Of a stretch of 64,000 bases of DNA, positions 61,633-64,000 are shown piece by piece (positions within the stretch are counted from its first letter, which is position 1; each line of letters starts with the position of its first letter). The notes below the pieces were generated by a model. The model was not told the origin of the DNA and made no database searches. It saw nothing but the letters and a program-made list of their open reading frames with translations. Location of the stretch: positions 3,264,001-3,328,000 of the forward strand of contig OY969585.1 in assembly GCA_963701295.1 (NCBI GenBank). The letters run 5' to 3'. Made by a program: the position numbers and the translations under genes. The stretch comes from Ignavibacteriota bacterium (GTDB taxonomy: Bacteria > Bacteroidota > Ignavibacteria > UBA10030).

Positions 61633-62067
61633 TTAAATTTTTTGTCTTTCGATTACCTGAGTTGCGTTTTTTCGCTCCAATTCTATTTGAATCATTTGCT
61701 GCAACTCCGTTTTCAGACGCGATTTCTGAATAAACCCGTCGCTTGGGGAATCATATTTCAAATCGCGATACTCATCCACGTCGTATGCCGAAAAAAGATA
61801 TACACGAACATGTGGAAAGTCGGATTTGATTCTGCGGGTTATTTCCACACCGCTGATCCCGGAAAGGCTGATATCCATCAAAACGACATCGGGGAAGTGC
61901 ATCTGAACCTGAGTGAGTGCTTCATCTCCAGTGCCAGCTTCTCCTACAACAACAACATGATCAGTTCGCCGAAGATACTCCGTTACCAACATGCGCATGG
62001 AAGCCATATCATCAACAACGAGAACTTTTAATTTCGGTAATTTATTTTGCTGTTGTGTTTTACTCAT
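61633..62067 (-). CDS. Single-domain response regulator (REC only)
   Basis: VLVVDD, VVGEA, PDVVLMDI, GFIQK; no output domain; promoter-like TTGATT-N17-TATTTT at 62145-62117. Confidence 0.88.
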   Translation of the reverse strand: MSKTQQQNKLPKLKVLVVDDMASMRMLVTEYLRRTDHVVVVGEAGTGDEALTQVQMHFPDVVLMDISLSGISGVEITRRIKSDFPHVRVYLFSAYDVDEYRDLKYDSPSDGFIQKSRLKTELQQMIQIELERKNATQVIERQKI

Positions 62068-62183
62068 TGCAGCACTAGAGATTAAATTTCATCTTTCGCA
62101 AACTCTTCCACGACAAAAAATACGAAACTCTCGCTCCGCAATCAAGAATCCACCATAAATATATGTGTTTCAGACGAAAGAAT

Positions 62184-63311
62184 TCACCCCAACCTTTTCT
62201 GAAATCGCATCACGCTCATGCTTAAAATGACACTGCCGAATATCAACAATGCCAGTGCCTGAGTCCACAGAATGTTTATACCGACTCCTTTGAGGAACAA
62301 ACCGCGTACGATAACAAAATAGTAACGCAGCGGCATGATGTAGGATACATATTGGATAATGATCGGCATATTCTCAATAGGAAAAACAAAGCCGGAGAAA
62401 AAGACCATCGGCATCATAAAGAAAAAGATCGCTGTCATCATTGCCTGCTGCTGTGTGCGTGAGATAGTAGAAATGAAAAGTCCGAGTCCAAGGGTTGTCA
62501 TTAAAAAAATCAAACTCAATCCAAGCAAGAGCAGCACGCCGCCTTTCACCGGAAGACTAAAAACCACCGAAGCAAAGAAAACAACAAGGATCACATCGAT
62601 CACTCCGATAACAAAAAATGGGGCAAGTTTTCCGATAATAAGTTGATACGGTTTGATGGGCGTGACGACAAGTTGTTCGAGTGTACCGAGTTCTTTCTCC
62701 TTAACGATTGCCAGCGATGTCAGAATCATAGTCATCACCATGAGAAGCAATCCAAGCACTCCGGGCACCATAAAATTCCGGCTTTTCAGGTCGGGATTAT
62801 ACCATACACGATATTCTGCAGATAAACGCGCCGGCATCATGATGGAACCGCGTTTGACGAGCGATTCCAAGACAATGTTTTGTGAATACGTGCTCACAAT
62901 AACAAAAGCATAATTGAGGCCAATCGTCGCCGAACTTGTTTCCGTGCCATCTGCAACAATCTGAAGTGGCGCAGATTGACCGGCACCTATTTTTTTTTCA
63001 AATCCTCTTGGAATGACTATCGCGATCGACGCATGTCCATCATCCAATTGATTGTCGATCTCGGAGGTTTTGTCATTATATCCAACAACTCTGAAATATT
63101 CTGTACTGGTAAAGTTTCGGATTAATGTTCGGCTTGATGGCGAATTATCAAAATCGCAGACAACCATAGGAATTTTGCTCACATCAAACGTCGCGGCATA
63201 TCCAAGGACAAGCAACTGGAGCACCGGCGCAGTAAAGCTCACCATAAACATTTTCTTATCTTGGCGAAACTGAATGAATTCTTTTTTGATAATGTGAAAA
63301 ATGATGTTCAT
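62184..63311 (-). CDS. ABC-2 permease (YbhR-like)
   Basis: KEFIQFRQD, WYNPDL, VPG, KEKELGTLEQL, SGFVFPIENMP. Confidence 0.9.
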   Translation of the reverse strand: MNIIFHIIKKEFIQFRQDKKMFMVSFTAPVLQLLVLGYAATFDVSKIPMVVCDFDNSPSSRTLIRNFTSTEYFRVVGYNDKTSEIDNQLDDGHASIAIVIPRGFEKKIGAGQSAPLQIVADGTETSSATIGLNYAFVIVSTYSQNIVLESLVKRGSIMMPARLSAEYRVWYNPDLKSRNFMVPGVLGLLLMVMTMILTSLAIVKEKELGTLEQLVVTPIKPYQLIIGKLAPFFVIGVIDVILVVFFASVVFSLPVKGGVLLLLGLSLIFLMTTLGLGLFISTISRTQQQAMMTAIFFFMMPMVFFSGFVFPIENMPIIIQYVSYIMPLRYYFVIVRGLFLKGVGINILWTQALALLIFGSVILSMSVMRFQKRLG

Positions 63312-63321
63312 GTTCTCATCC

Positions 63322-64000
63322 TCACGCAAGGAATTTCCGCATACGAAGTGAACTGACTCCGATCATCACCACGGCATAGATCGTAAGAAAAATCGCCTGA
63401 TCCCAGAATGCACTTACTCCTGCTCCTTTTAGGATAATTGCACGCAGGGCAACAAGAAAATATCTCGCTGGAATAAGATATGTGACCCCTTGAATGATCG
63501 CCGGCATATTGCGGATTGGAAATACAAAGCCCGAAAGGATAAACGTCGGAAGCATCGAAAGGATTACTGCGATCATGAATGCAAGCTGCTGTGTTTCCAC
63601 AAGCGTCGATATCAACATTCCGACTCCTAATCCACCGACAAGAAAAAGGGTAGTCATAATGGATAGGAGGAAAATACTTCCTTTGATGCTCACATCAAAC
63701 AAGACATATCCAAAAAATAAAATTACTACTGTTGCGATGAGAGAAATAATAATGTACGGTATGGTTTTGCCAAGGATCAATTCAATAGGTTTAATAGGTG
63801 AAACCATAATTTGTTCCATTGTGCCAAGTTCACGCTCACGAACGACCGCAAGCGCTGTGGAAAGCACCGTTGTTACCATAAGAATAAAGGCGATAAGCCC
63901 CGGTACGAGAAACTTAACACTCTTCAATTCTGGATTATACCATACACGCGGTTGAAAATCGACTGGCAAGGTGATTTGCTGCCCCCCTATTCTCATGAAC
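63322..64000 (-). CDS. ABC-2 permease (YbhS-like), partial at window end
   Basis: WYNPEL, RERELGTMEQI, LSGFVFPI. Confidence 0.88.
   Translation of the reverse strand, partial: FMRIGGQQITLPVDFQPRVWYNPELKSVKFLVPGLIAFILMVTTVLSTALAVVRERELGTMEQIMVSPIKPIELILGKTIPYIIISLIATVVILFFGYVLFDVSIKGSIFLLSIMTTLFLVGGLGVGMLISTLVETQQLAFMIAVILSMLPTFILSGFVFPIRNMPAIIQGVTYLIPARYFLVALRAIILKGAGVSAFWDQAIFLTIYAVVMIGVSSLRMRKFLA

Noticed and set aside
115-63955. Numerous short antisense or overlapping ORFs in the track (e.g. 51813-52493, 19409-20149, 35870-36394)
   Set aside because: They are shadows of well-supported genes on another strand or frame and have no recognisable motifs.

Overview
A 64-kb chromosomal window from a Gram-negative bacterium, most likely Ignavibacteria/Bacteroidota (FCB group). 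This is inferred from bshA, a group II GGGP synthase, a Bacteroidota-type TonB and a Reg_prop/Y_Y_Y sensor kinase. Most genes are housekeeping: pcm, folP, a SUF operon (rrf2-sufBCDSU-iscA/sufA-sufT) followed by sod, bshA, uvrD/pcrA, ogt, tRNA-Leu(CAA), hit, icd, clpS, alaS, GGGPS, gmhA, wcaJ-like, a TPR/beta-barrel/SPOR/TonB operon, carB and acnA. There is also a two-component signalling cluster (3.8-15 kb) and several small mobile elements. Highlights: (1) a duplicated tRNA-Leu 5' half, broken by two 19-nt YTTG+GAA-loop hairpin insertions, is fused at the anticodon to an 80-aa GIY-YIG nuclease gene that ends 2 nt before the intact tRNA; (2) aconitase A is fused in frame to a membrane M48 zinc-protease module; (3) carB is split into two genes; (4) an internally deleted IS30 derivative is present, and an IS1595-family element interrupts a GNAT pseudogene; (5) two identical +1 frameshifts (sufC, iscA) occur at AGTAC^C, suggesting motif-linked sequencing error. 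Product calls come from motif recognition only; no database searches were run.
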